Program-made: the position numbers and the translations under genes
In this document: positions 7,870 to 16,207 of the stretch, one piece after another
How the letters are laid out: each line of letters opens with the position of its first letter
Position numbering within the stretch: the stretch's first letter is position 1
Assembly (NCBI GenBank): GCA_035281425.1
Contig: DATEDX010000084.1
Span: 1 to 59,143, forward strand
Origin: Acidimicrobiia bacterium
GTDB lineage: Bacteria > Actinomycetota > Acidimicrobiia > Spongiisociales > ZC4RG35
Direction: 5' to 3'
DNA length: 59,143 bases
The notes under the pieces: model-generated
Told to the model about the DNA's origin: nothing
Seen by the model: the letters and a program-made list of their open reading frames with translations, nothing else
Database searches by the model: none

Positions 7870-7918
7870 TTTTTGGCGCGCCGCGATCGGGCTATAGCCC
7901 GATAGCGGCGCGCCAAAA
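7870..7918. repeat. REP-like palindromic element, inner-stem class CGATCGGGCTA
   Basis: TTTTGGCGCGCCGCGATCGGGCTA|TAGCCCGATAGCGGCGCGCCAAAA (1 mismatch). Lies between convergent stops 7855 and 7936. Confidence 0.9.
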
Positions 7919-7935
7919 CGGGAAGGGGGAGTGGC

Positions 7936-10900
7936 TCAGCTGCAGCCGAGGCTGTTCCCGCAGTTGAGGCACTTGTAGCAAGCGCCGTTGCGGATGGTGA
8001 TGTGCCCACAGATGTCGCAGATCGGTGCGTCCCCCATCATCTCGCTCAAGGCCGACTGCATGGCCGCGGTGCCGGCGTCTTTCGCTCCTACCGCGGCGGC
8101 GATTTTGGCAGCCTTCCCCGGGCGGGTGACGAGCTGGGCTCCCGGGGTCGGCTGCGCGATCGGAGCTCCCGGCGAGCCTTCCAAGAACTTCACCGCGCTG
8201 GCCACCGCGGTGACGTCCCGCTCGGCCACCGCATCGGTGAGGTCAAGCTGCACCCCCGCCTCCACCGCTAGGCCGGAAGCCGGCTCGGGCAGTTCACCTT
8301 CTCGCACCGGAGGAACCTGGGCGAGGTCGTCTCGACGGAGATACTCCACCGCCAGCGCCCGAAAGACGTAGTCGACGATGGAATTGGCCATCTTGATATT
8401 GGGGTGGCCCTCGACCATGCCCCGGGGTTCGAAGGTCTGGAAGGTGAAGGTATCGACGAACTCCTCGAGCGGCACTCCGAACTGAAGTCCCTTGGAGACG
8501 GCGATGGCGAAGCAGGAGAGGATGCCGCGCAATGTGGCGCCTTCCTTGGCAAGGTCGATGAACAGCTCACCGAGGGTGCCATCTTCGTATTCGCCGGTGC
8601 GGAGATAGACCTTGTGGCCTCCGATCTTGGCTTCCTGGGTGTATCCACCCCGTCGGGCCGGAAGCAGGAAACGTGGCGGATGCATTCCCCGGGCGTAGGC
8701 CTGGGTGGGCGAGAGCCCGGCCGGGATCTTCCCCCACAGGATTTGCTTGTCGATCTCATGCGCCTTGGTGACCTCCTCTGGCTCTTCTTCCGATTGAGCG
8801 TCGTCGGAGGAAGCGGAGAGGGGCTGGCTGGCCTTGGACCCGTCTCGGTAAAGAGCCATGCACTTCACGCCCAGCTCGTAAGAGAGCATGTAGCTCTCCT
8901 CGATGTCTTCCACCGTGGCCTCGTTGGGCATGTTGATGGTCTTGGAGGCGGCCCCAGAGAGGAAAGGCTGGGTGGCAGCCAGCATCTTGATGTGGCCGGT
9001 GTGGTGGATCAAGCGCTGCCCTCTGCGTCCATTGCGGTTGGCCGTGTCGAACACCGCCAGGTGCTCCTCGCGGAGGTGAGGGGCTCCTTCGATGGTCTGC
9101 TCGCCGCACACCCATTCGGTGGCTTCTCGGATCTGGGCCCCCGAATAGCCCAACGCCCGCAGCAGATCGAAGTCGAAGGTGGCGTACTCCTCAGGAGCGA
9201 AGCCCAAGCGCTGCAACGTCGCCTCGCCGAGGACAAAGGGGTTGAAGGCGTGCTTCAACTCGAAGACCGCCGGGAGGGTGGCTTCGATCTTGGCCAGGTC
9301 GTCGTCGTTGAGACCCTTGTCCCGCAACGTCTCCGGGTTGATGTGCGGTGCCCCTTGCAGGGAACTGGTTCCGACGATGTAGCGGACGATTTCTTGGATT
9401 TGGACCTCGTCGTAGCCGAGGTTGCGCAGGGCCGGCGCCACCGACTGGTTGACGATCTTGAAGTAGCCGCCTCCGGCCAGCTTCTTGAACTTCACCAGAG
9501 CAAAGTCGGGCTCAACCCCGGTGGTGTCACAGTCCATCTGCAGCCCGATGGTGTTGTGAGAGACAAACCCGTTGGCGACATAAGTCACGTTGTCGGGAAC
9601 CGACAGATCGTATGTCAATTGCTCTTCACCCAGCTCTACCGAGTTGACCTGGTCGTAAAAGAACCCCAGAAGGTGAGCGAGGCGAGGATCTCCGGTGCGC
9701 TCCAAAAGCTCCTCGGCAGAACGCCGAGAAACGAGTCCGATGCGGCTCATGCTCAAAAGCATGGTTCTACGAAGGCCATCGTTCAGTGGATGGAGTTCGT
9801 CGATCAGACTCCGGGGGACGGGCACATAGTCCCGACGCGCGGCCTGCTGGGTCTGATGCCGGACGATGCCCGCTTGCTTGCGCCCCGAGATGAACCCGAT
9901 TTCTGCAGCCCAACGACGGTGATATGAGGCGTTAACCGGCCGCAGAGTTACCGAGGTCGATTGTCCCCATCCAGTGGTGTCGAACTTCCTTGCCATCGGA
10001 TACCCGATGGCAAGAAGCAGCGATTGGACGTCAGCGGCGAATTCGAGGGATGTTGTTGTCCAGCTGGGATAACCGTGGGAGTGGGCATACCCATCCGCCT
10101 CGAAGAGTCCTTTGATGAACGCCGTATAGGTGCGGCGGTCATTCGTGGCGAGAATGGCCTCGGGAACGTGGGGGTGCCAGCCCTTGCCAACGTGTCCTTC
10201 GGAGGGTGCCTTTTTGCTGAATCCACAGGCCTCCCACCAGACAGCCAATGGCACCGAGTTAAACGCCACCTCTTCGTAACCCTGCCGTGGCGCAACCTTG
10301 GCTTCGAGGTTGAACAAGTCCTTGCCAAGAAGCGAAAGCCTCTCAACGACATCGAAGTCACCAGCAGTGACCGTGAGCCGAATTCCTTTGGCGTGTAGCG
10401 ATCCGTCTCCCATGAAGTAGCCGACGAACTCGGCCAACTCAGGGGTTATCCCGCCGGGCACCTTGGTCGTGAAGTCCGCCGTCCAGTGGGCATCGCCCAA
10501 CGGCGGCAAGAGAACCGGTTGGGGCTCCCCTATCAGCTGGTCAAGCTGAAGAGGGACCAGATCTCCCTCCTCCACTTCGGCGAAACGCTTCCAGGTCCAG
10601 CTTCCGTCGGGCTGCACCACCTTGACTCGGTGAGTGGCGGTGCCCTGGAGCCGGTAGCCGCGACCGGTGTCCACTGTCACCACCGGTTCTACTCCATTGA
10701 CGTAGAAGTGGGTGGCGGTTCGAGGTCCTTCGTCAGTTCCCACTGCCAACTTGAGATCCTGCCACTGCCCCCCGTGCGGATCGCCCAACGTGGCTAGGCG
10801 CACCAACCCTCGCTCGGTGGGTACCAGTGTTCCGCCGATTAGGCATCCAGTAGGAGCAATGACGCTCACCTGGGCGTTGCGGTAGCCGTGGCGCTCGCCC

Positions 10901-13900
10901 ATGTCGAGGGCGAGATCCCAAGACTGGCGAGCGGCGGTGAGGAGGTTGGACGGGGTCAGACTGCCGTTGATGCCCACGACATAGTGCGACAGGCCTTCGT
11001 ACTCGCTTTGCTCGGCGTCGTAAGCGGCCCGGCGATGATTGCGGATCACCCGCAGCATCGACTCCCGGTTCTCGGCAAAACGGGGGAAGGGCCCCACTGC
11101 CGCAGCCAACTCGGCCGAGGTGGCGTAGGCGTATCCGGTCAGGATGGCGGTGATCGCTCCGGCCACGGCCCGGCCGTCGCCGGAGTCGTAGGGCAACCCC
11201 ATCCGCATCAACAGGGTGCCGAGGTTGGCGTAGCCCAGCCCGAGAGTCCGGTAGTCGTAGGAACCCTGGGCGATCTCCTTGGAGGGGAAGTGGGCCATTG
11301 TCACTGAGACCTCTAAGACGATGGTCCACAACCTGATGGCATGCTCGTAAGCCTCGACGTCGAAACTGTTAGTGGCGTCGTCGAAGAACTTGATCAGGTT
11401 GATCGACGCCAGGTTGCACGCGGTGTCATCAAGAAAAACGTACTCGCTACAAGGGTTAGTCGCCCTGATCTTTCCCCCGGCCGGAGAGGTGTGCCACTCG
11501 TTGATGATGGTGTCGAACTGCACCCCCGGGTCGGCGCAGGCCCAGGCGGCTTCAGCCACTCGTCGCCACAGGTCACGGGCCTTGACCGTCCTTCGCACTT
11601 TGCCGGTCGTTCGATCGGTGAGCTGCCAGTCGTCGTCGTTGCGAACCGCTTCGATGAACTCATTGGGAACCCGCACCGAGTTGTTGGAGTTCTGCCCTGA
11701 GACCGTGGCGTAGGCCTCGCCGTTGAAGTCGGCGGGGTACCCGCCGTATTGGATCAGGGTCCGCGCCTTCTCCTCTTCGTGCTTCTTCCAGTCGATGAAC
11801 TCTTCGATGTCGGGATGGTCGAGATCGAGGATCACCATCTTGGCCGCGCGCCGAGTTGTTCCGCCGCTTTTTATTGCCCCTGCGGCCCGGTCTCCGATCT
11901 TCAGGAAGCTCATTACTCCCGAAGACTTCCCCCCGCCGGAGAGCCTCTCATTCTCGGAGCGAATCGAGCTGAAATTGCTGCCGGTGTTGTGGATGGCGAC
12001 CAGTCCGTATCGTCCGGCTAGGTAATTCGAATGATTTGCCACCGTGAGGTCGTAAAAGTCCGGATTCGTGGTGCAGGTTGTCACCGAACTGACGAAAGCG
12101 ACCGAACCGGCGACTCTTGAGACGGTGGAAGCGAGCTCGTCTTGCCGATCTATTACCGCTACCGCCCTCTGGAGCTTGCGCGGATTAACCAGGCCTTCGT
12201 AGTGGAGCCGACCGAGGTGGAAGCTGTCCTTACCGAGTCGGACCCGCAGCCAATCGGCTGGTGGGCGCTTCCCGAAAAGGTTTTGAGCCAAGTCGCGACT
12301 GAGAGGCATGCAGAATGCCCGCTCGCCGGCTCGACCAGCGACGTGCTCAAGCAGGCGTTGGCGACGATGCGGATGGCTCATAAGCGAAGCGAGGGCGTCT
12401 CGCTTCGGAAGGGGCGCCGACTTGCGCAAGATGGTGACAACCCATCCGTTGCCGGAGCGGGTGAGTCCCCCGCCCATGCCGTGGAACGAAACCAAGACCG
12501 CCAGGTCTTCGGCTAGGGACCGAGAGGCGGTGAAGACTGAAGCCCTGCCGCTGGCAACCGTGCCATCCGAATCCATCAAGCCAGCGAGGAAAGCCAGCGT
12601 TAACCGCGGACCACCAGTCCAGAGGAAACCAGGAAGGCGCTGGTTATCTTTAGGCCCAGGTTCGAATAGGGAACTGATAAAGCCGGTGACTCGGCGGCCC
12701 GTATAGGTCAACATTTGGCCGGCCTGATCAGTGTCGATCGGCTGCATCGAGGACGTCTCGCCAAAGTTTCGACGTATTGTCTCTTGAACTCGGCGCAGAT
12801 TGTCCTCCGTCTCGTCAAAGAAGCGGACCCGTGGCCGCCGATATTCATAGGTACGGCCATACTTGTTGGTGGTCCGGGAGGATTGGATTCCGAGACTTCC
12901 GTCGCCGACGAAGTAGCCCACCAACCATGCCAGATCCTCGTCCAGGACAACGGACTGCTTCTCTACGTGGCGGAAGTAAGACGTCTCATAGTCGACAACG
13001 ATCGGTTCCTGGCCGATTGCCTCCACAGCCGACTCGTTTGGACCAAGCACGGCATCTCCACGTCGGAGCTGATCGGCCCGTCGCTCAACCACGTTCTCCC
13101 CATCCCACACCAGGAAGGGATGCCATTCGGAAACAATCGCCTCTGCGCCGGTGTCGAAGCGGACAGTCAGCTTGTCGTCTTCGGCGACGTCGTATGCCCA
13201 CACAAGCTCGACTTTGTCCAGGTTGTACTTACCGGTCTTCTCGTCAATTGAGAGAGTGAAGACGTCCTCGTCGCCTATGTCGATATAACGACCCTTGCCA
13301 TCGAACTCTTGAATAGGACGGCCCTGACGAGCGTAACGCTGAAAGAGATCACGTATGGGAATGAAGCCCTCGCCCTTCACGTAGACACGCGAGTCCCCCG
13401 ACGTGCAACCGCTCCCCATCTTGAAGAGGCGGGCCTCTCGTACCCACAGGTCCATGATCCCGCCAGGGTTGACCAGATCATCCTTAACACTGTTTATGAA
13501 ACAGGCATGAGGGGCAGGATGGGAGTAGGCGTCGGGGGATTCCGTCATCTCTCCGCTCTGGGGGTCGACAAACCAGAAGCCCTGGGGCGTACCGGTGATG
13601 TCATAGGCATGGGCGAGGCCGGTGTTGAACCATTGCGGGGAGTTGGGAGAGGCGATCTGGTTGGCGAGCATGTACTTGAGCTCGTCTTCGAAGGCCTGAG
13701 CGTCGGCTGGGGTGGCGAAGTAGCCGTGATTCTCGCCCCACCAGCGCCAGGTGCCGGCTAGGCGATCGAAGACCTGACGAGAAGAAATCTCCCCACCCAA
13801 GACCGGCTCACCATCCTCATCGAGGACGGGATTTCCCTCGTCGTCGACCTGAGGAACGCCCGCCTTGCGGAAGTACTTGGAGACAATGATGTCGGTGGCG

Positions 13901-14061
13901 ACCTGGGACCAGGAGGCGGGAACCTCAGCGTCCTTCACCTCGAAGACCACCGATCCGTCAGGGTTGGTGATACGAGAGTCGCGTTTTGCCCACTCGATCG
14001 ACGAATAGGGATCGCGTCCTTCCTCGGTGAAGCGCCGGGGAATGCGTAGACCTTCAGTCAT
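7936..14061 (-). CDS. nrdJ: vitamin B12-dependent (class II) ribonucleotide reductase, precursor containing two inteins
   Basis: 2041-aa ORF. Extein motifs: RIPRRFT...PYSSIEW, KMGSG|TGSNFSSIR, ATNPCSEYVFLDDTACNLAS, VIAPTG|TIGLQMDCDTTGVEPDFALVKFKKL. C-terminal Zn ribbon CDICGH...CYKCLNCGNSLGC. SD GGAGGGAGAGGAGAGG before ATG 14061. Confidence 0.95.
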   Translation of the reverse strand: MTEGLRIPRRFTEEGRDPYSSIEWAKRDSRITNPDGSVVFEVKDAEVPASWSQVATDIIVSKYFRKAGVPQVDDEGNPVLDEDGEPVLGGEISSRQVFDRLAGTWRWWGENHGYFATPADAQAFEDELKYMLANQIASPNSPQWFNTGLAHAYDITGTPQGFWFVDPQSGEMTESPDAYSHPAPHACFINSVKDDLVNPGGIMDLWVREARLFKMGSGCTSGDSRVYVKGEGFIPIRDLFQRYARQGRPIQEFDGKGRYIDIGDEDVFTLSIDEKTGKYNLDKVELVWAYDVAEDDKLTVRFDTGAEAIVSEWHPFLVWDGENVVERRADQLRRGDAVLGPNESAVEAIGQEPIVVDYETSYFRHVEKQSVVLDEDLAWLVGYFVGDGSLGIQSSRTTNKYGRTYEYRRPRVRFFDETEDNLRRVQETIRRNFGETSSMQPIDTDQAGQMLTYTGRRVTGFISSLFEPGPKDNQRLPGFLWTGGPRLTLAFLAGLMDSDGTVASGRASVFTASRSLAEDLAVLVSFHGMGGGLTRSGNGWVVTILRKSAPLPKRDALASLMSHPHRRQRLLEHVAGRAGERAFCMPLSRDLAQNLFGKRPPADWLRVRLGKDSFHLGRLHYEGLVNPRKLQRAVAVIDRQDELASTVSRVAGSVAFVSSVTTCTTNPDFYDLTVANHSNYLAGRYGLVAIHNTGSNFSSIRSENERLSGGGKSSGVMSFLKIGDRAAGAIKSGGTTRRAAKMVILDLDHPDIEEFIDWKKHEEEKARTLIQYGGYPADFNGEAYATVSGQNSNNSVRVPNEFIEAVRNDDDWQLTDRTTGKVRRTVKARDLWRRVAEAAWACADPGVQFDTIINEWHTSPAGGKIRATNPCSEYVFLDDTACNLASINLIKFFDDATNSFDVEAYEHAIRLWTIVLEVSVTMAHFPSKEIAQGSYDYRTLGLGYANLGTLLMRMGLPYDSGDGRAVAGAITAILTGYAYATSAELAAAVGPFPRFAENRESMLRVIRNHRRAAYDAEQSEYEGLSHYVVGINGSLTPSNLLTAARQSWDLALDMGERHGYRNAQVSVIAPTGCLIGGTLVPTERGLVRLATLGDPHGGQWQDLKLAVGTDEGPRTATHFYVNGVEPVVTVDTGRGYRLQGTATHRVKVVQPDGSWTWKRFAEVEEGDLVPLQLDQLIGEPQPVLLPPLGDAHWTADFTTKVPGGITPELAEFVGYFMGDGSLHAKGIRLTVTAGDFDVVERLSLLGKDLFNLEAKVAPRQGYEEVAFNSVPLAVWWEACGFSKKAPSEGHVGKGWHPHVPEAILATNDRRTYTAFIKGLFEADGYAHSHGYPSWTTTSLEFAADVQSLLLAIGYPMARKFDTTGWGQSTSVTLRPVNASYHRRWAAEIGFISGRKQAGIVRHQTQQAARRDYVPVPRSLIDELHPLNDGLRRTMLLSMSRIGLVSRRSAEELLERTGDPRLAHLLGFFYDQVNSVELGEEQLTYDLSVPDNVTYVANGFVSHNTIGLQMDCDTTGVEPDFALVKFKKLAGGGYFKIVNQSVAPALRNLGYDEVQIQEIVRYIVGTSSLQGAPHINPETLRDKGLNDDDLAKIEATLPAVFELKHAFNPFVLGEATLQRLGFAPEEYATFDFDLLRALGYSGAQIREATEWVCGEQTIEGAPHLREEHLAVFDTANRNGRRGQRLIHHTGHIKMLAATQPFLSGAASKTINMPNEATVEDIEESYMLSYELGVKCMALYRDGSKASQPLSASSDDAQSEEEPEEVTKAHEIDKQILWGKIPAGLSPTQAYARGMHPPRFLLPARRGGYTQEAKIGGHKVYLRTGEYEDGTLGELFIDLAKEGATLRGILSCFAIAVSKGLQFGVPLEEFVDTFTFQTFEPRGMVEGHPNIKMANSIVDYVFRALAVEYLRRDDLAQVPPVREGELPEPASGLAVEAGVQLDLTDAVAERDVTAVASAVKFLEGSPGAPIAQPTPGAQLVTRPGKAAKIAAAVGAKDAGTAAMQSALSEMMGDAPICDICGHITIRNGACYKCLNCGNSLGCS
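9553..10845 (-). mobile_element. intein 2 of NrdJ (431 aa, aa 1073-1503) with LAGLIDADG homing endonuclease
   Basis: Starts with Cys (TGC 10845-10843) after APTG; ends ..GFVSHN (AAC 9555-9553), followed by Thr. Block B TATH. LAGLIDADG motifs FVGYFMGDGSL and IKGLFEADGYA. Confidence 0.9.
11986..13407 (-). mobile_element. intein 1 of NrdJ (474 aa, aa 219-692) with LAGLIDADG homing endonuclease
   Basis: Codons checked: starts with Cys (TGC 13407-13405) after GSG; ends ..GLVAIHN (AAC 11988-11986), followed by Thr. Block B SEWH. LAGLIDADG motifs LVGYFVGDGSL and LAGLMDSDGTV. Visibly more AT-rich than the exteins. Confidence 0.9.
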
Positions 14062-14237
14062 AACCTCTCCTCTCCCTCCAAATGAGCGCCTACCCCTCGG
14101 GAGGGCTCAGAGCCACGGCCGATGTGGCCCGTTTCAACGCTCTCGGGGAGCGGTCGGTAAGGGCACCACGGCCATTTTCCGGGGGCCGCCCATCGCAGCT
14201 GAAGCAGCTGTTGCCGGCCCGTTCTCAAACCGCCTCA

Positions 14238-14253
14238 CCACAAGATGTTGTGG
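14238..14253. promoter_or_regulatory. NrdR box 1 (promoter-distal) in nrdJ leader
   Basis: CCACAAGATGTTGTGG matches 12/16 to the NrdR consensus as I recall it (acaCwAtATaTwGtgt). Centre of a perfect 11-bp inverted repeat CCTCACCACAA-GATG-TTGTGGTGAGG (14233-14258). Confidence 0.6.
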
Positions 14254-14268
14254 TGAGGGAACCTGGCA

Positions 14269-14284
14269 CCACATCATCTTGGGG
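14269..14284. promoter_or_regulatory. NrdR box 2 (promoter-proximal) in nrdJ leader
   Basis: CCACATCATCTTGGGG is 12/16 identical to box 1. Centres are 31 bp apart, the spacing typical of tandem NrdR boxes. Lies 11 nt downstream of the -10 on the nrdJ strand. Confidence 0.55.
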
Positions 14285-14294
14285 CGAATACACT

Positions 14295-14323
14295 ACTGTA
14301 ATTACACGAATGGCATTGGTCAA
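14295..14323 (-). promoter_or_regulatory. putative sigma-70-type promoter of nrdJ
   Basis: Minus strand reads TTGACC (14323-14318), 17-nt spacer, TACAGT (14300-14295). Sits in an AT-richer patch. Implies a leader of about 225 nt. Confidence 0.55.
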
Positions 14324-14375
14324 GAACCATTCAAGGTTGGTTTTCGCGACCTTTCCCGGGGCGTGAAAAAGTCAC

Positions 14376-14384
14376 TTATCCACA
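14376..14384 (+). promoter_or_regulatory. perfect DnaA-box 9-mer TTATCCACA upstream of nrdJ promoter
   Basis: Exact match to the E. coli-type consensus TTATCCACA. Lies 53 bp upstream of the -35. Confidence 0.4.
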
Positions 14385-14502
14385 GGGGAAGTGGGCTTCC
14401 AGCCGGGGAAGCGCGACCAGAGCGAGCACCTTACCGCCCCCTCGCCTCACCGGGGATCAAGCGACCTCCAAACATTTCGCGAGACTCCCCCGCACGTCCA
14501 AC

Positions 14503-15381
14503 CTATCGAGTCGCGATCCAGCGCTTGATGCGATCGGAGTCGAGACCGATTGGCTCGGAGTCGGGGCGGCGTCGGGTGAGAATGCCGATCAGGACCCGCC
14601 ACCCGGTCCACCAGGGACGCTCCCTGACGAAGTCGAGGGAGAACTTCTCGTAGCGCACCACGAGGTCGGCCAGCTCGCTCGGTTCGATCGAGTCGGGAGA
14701 AAGCCCGTGATCAGCCACCGCGGCCAGAGCGGCTCGATGGTGGTCCCATAGCCCTGCGATCTCGGTGTTGAAGACCTGACGAAGCTCGATCGAGGGAACC
14801 GGCAGGGCGCCTCGATCCATGGTCACCAGCACTCGCTCCCCGAAACGAGAGGCGAAGGTTTGCACCTGATCCGTGAGGATGGCGTAGGTCTGCCGATCGG
14901 GCGCGAGCAGGTAAGTGAACACGGTCTCGAAGCCGGGCCCTCGGGCCTGGGCTGCGCTCACCGGTTGGAAGCCGAGCTGGCGGTACTGGACAAGGAAGGC
15001 CCGCGCCTCCTCGGCCACTCCTTGGTCGTGGCGGGTTTCCAGATCCCAGCCCGCCATCCGTGACATGTAGAAGCGCCATCTGAGGGGGAGAGCCACCAGA
15101 TAGATGACCACTGCGCTGCCTACCACCCGGGGCAGCCCAAATACCGGAATGGCGTTGAGCAGGATCAGCACCATCATGAAGAGGCGGGCGATCCCACCCC
15201 GCAGGGTGGCCAACACCCCGAGGAGCAGCGCCTGGCCAATGAAGATGGTGAGCGGGCTCCATCCCCGGTCGCGCCCCAACATCGCCACCAGTACCCCACC
15301 GGCAAACCCGGAGATGATGATGGGCCAGGCCGATCGACGGAGGACGCTGAGTGCCAGCACAATGACAGGATGGCACGTCAA
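14503..15381 (-). CDS. hypothetical membrane protein (about 4 N-terminal TM helices + soluble C-terminal domain)
   Basis: 292-aa track ORF. Start uncertain (TTG 15381 or GTG 15360). No family recognised. Confidence 0.5.
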   Translation of the reverse strand: MTCHPVIVLALSVLRRSAWPIIISGFAGGVLVAMLGRDRGWSPLTIFIGQALLLGVLATLRGGIARLFMMVLILLNAIPVFGLPRVVGSAVVIYLVALPLRWRFYMSRMAGWDLETRHDQGVAEEARAFLVQYRQLGFQPVSAAQARGPGFETVFTYLLAPDRQTYAILTDQVQTFASRFGERVLVTMDRGALPVPSIELRQVFNTEIAGLWDHHRAALAAVADHGLSPDSIEPSELADLVVRYEKFSLDFVRERPWWTGWRVLIGILTRRRPDSEPIGLDSDRIKRWIATR

Positions 15382-15750
15382 CTGGTCTCCTCAGGCTCAC
15401 CCTTCGAGTCCTCGATCGGCTTCTCCCGAGCGGTCCGGATGGGTCAAACCATCGCTGTCTCCGGGACGGCTCCCATCTGGCCCGATGGATCGTGTGATCC
15501 CGATCCGTATCGCCAGGCGCATCGCTGCCTCGAGATAATTGCCACCGCCCTCTCCCAAGCTGGTGCCACCTTCGCCGACGTGGTCCGAACCCGAACCTTC
15601 ATCACCGATCCGGCCGTGGCCGAAACGGTAGGGCGAGCACACGGCGAGGTCTTCTCGGAGATCCGTCCCGCTTCCACCATGGTGGTGGTGGCAGGGCTGC
15701 TCGATCCTCGATGGAAGGTCGAGATCGAAGTGGATGCGGTTGTCCTATAA
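15370..15750 (+). CDS. RidA/YjgF family protein
   Basis: SSGSPFESSIGFSRAVRMGQTIAVSGT ... RTRTFITD ... PASTMV..L..P...VEIE, typical of RidA-family proteins. ATG at 15370. Confidence 0.8.
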   Translation: MARQLVSSGSPFESSIGFSRAVRMGQTIAVSGTAPIWPDGSCDPDPYRQAHRCLEIIATALSQAGATFADVVRTRTFITDPAVAETVGRAHGEVFSEIRPASTMVVVAGLLDPRWKVEIEVDAVVL

Positions 15751-15764
15751 CCGCTCCCGGCATC

Positions 15765-15793
15765 TTGACAGGGAAGCTGTTTGAGCGTATGCT
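15765..15793 (+). promoter_or_regulatory. putative promoter of the small-membrane-protein/TetR operon
   Basis: TTGACA (15765-15770), 17-nt spacer, TATGCT (15788-15793). RBS AAAGGAG lies 6 nt before ATG 15833. Confidence 0.5.
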
Positions 15794-15809
15794 TTAAGCA
15801 ATCGCTCAA
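15781..15809. promoter_or_regulatory. inverted repeat overlapping the -10, candidate TetR operator
   Basis: TTGAGCG-N15-CGCTCAA (7-bp perfect arms) spanning the -10 hexamer. Confidence 0.35.
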
Positions 15810-15832
15810 GCACCTCAGGAAAGGAGTCAGCG

Positions 15833-16207
15833 ATGAACGGCAACGGATACGCCATCGCCGTCTACGCCATCTATGCCGTGGTAGCCATTGGGTTGACCAT
15901 CTGGCTGGCGAGGACACTGCACAAGAGTGGCCAGGCTTTCCTCGAAGACGTCTTTGCCGACAAGCCGGAATTGGCAGAGTCGGTGAATCGGCTGTTGGTG
16001 GTGGGCTTCTACATGCTCAACCTTGGCTACGCCTTCTACCTGCTCCGCACCCAAAGCGGATTGGACGCCTTCGCCGCCGTCCAGGTCCTGGTCAACCGCC
16101 TGGCCATCCTCCTGGTCACGCTGGCCATCATCCACTTCATCAACGTCACGGTCTTCTGGAGCATCCGTTCTCGCAGCCAGCGGCGGGCCCAAGACCTGTT
16201 GCTCTGA
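15833..16207 (+). CDS. small integral membrane protein (3-4 TM), hypothetical
   Basis: 124 aa, hydrophobic. Its TGA stop overlaps the ATG of the TetR gene (TGATG at 16205-16209). Confidence 0.6.
   Translation: MNGNGYAIAVYAIYAVVAIGLTIWLARTLHKSGQAFLEDVFADKPELAESVNRLLVVGFYMLNLGYAFYLLRTQSGLDAFAAVQVLVNRLAILLVTLAIIHFINVTVFWSIRSRSQRRAQDLLL

Noticed and set aside
7870-7918. REP elements as canonical Rho-independent terminators
   Set aside because: The flanking T4 and A4 tracts base-pair with each other, so no unpaired U-tract follows the stem on either strand. One copy also sits between divergent starts. A terminator or stabiliser role is still possible but is not demonstrated by the sequence.
8404-9927. 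507-aa ORF on the plus strand opposite nrdJ, plus many other 100-200 aa ORFs across 7988-13761
   Set aside because: These are antisense shadow ORFs, typical of high-GC DNA. They have low-complexity Arg/Gly/Pro-rich translations and no recognisable motifs. The opposite strand carries an unmistakable NrdJ + intein reading frame.
12650-12680. tRNA-like GGTTCGAAT string
   Set aside because: It lies inside the intein 1 coding frame, and there is no acceptor or anticodon stem context. It is a coincidental T-loop-like 9-mer.
14062-14232. Possible cobalamin riboswitch in the long nrdJ leader (the enzyme is B12-dependent)
   Set aside because: I wrote out the minus-strand leader and could not find the B12-box or the GGTGAAAATCC / GCCACTG-type core elements. 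Only generic GC hairpins are present. An Rfam covariance-model scan would be needed to exclude it fully.
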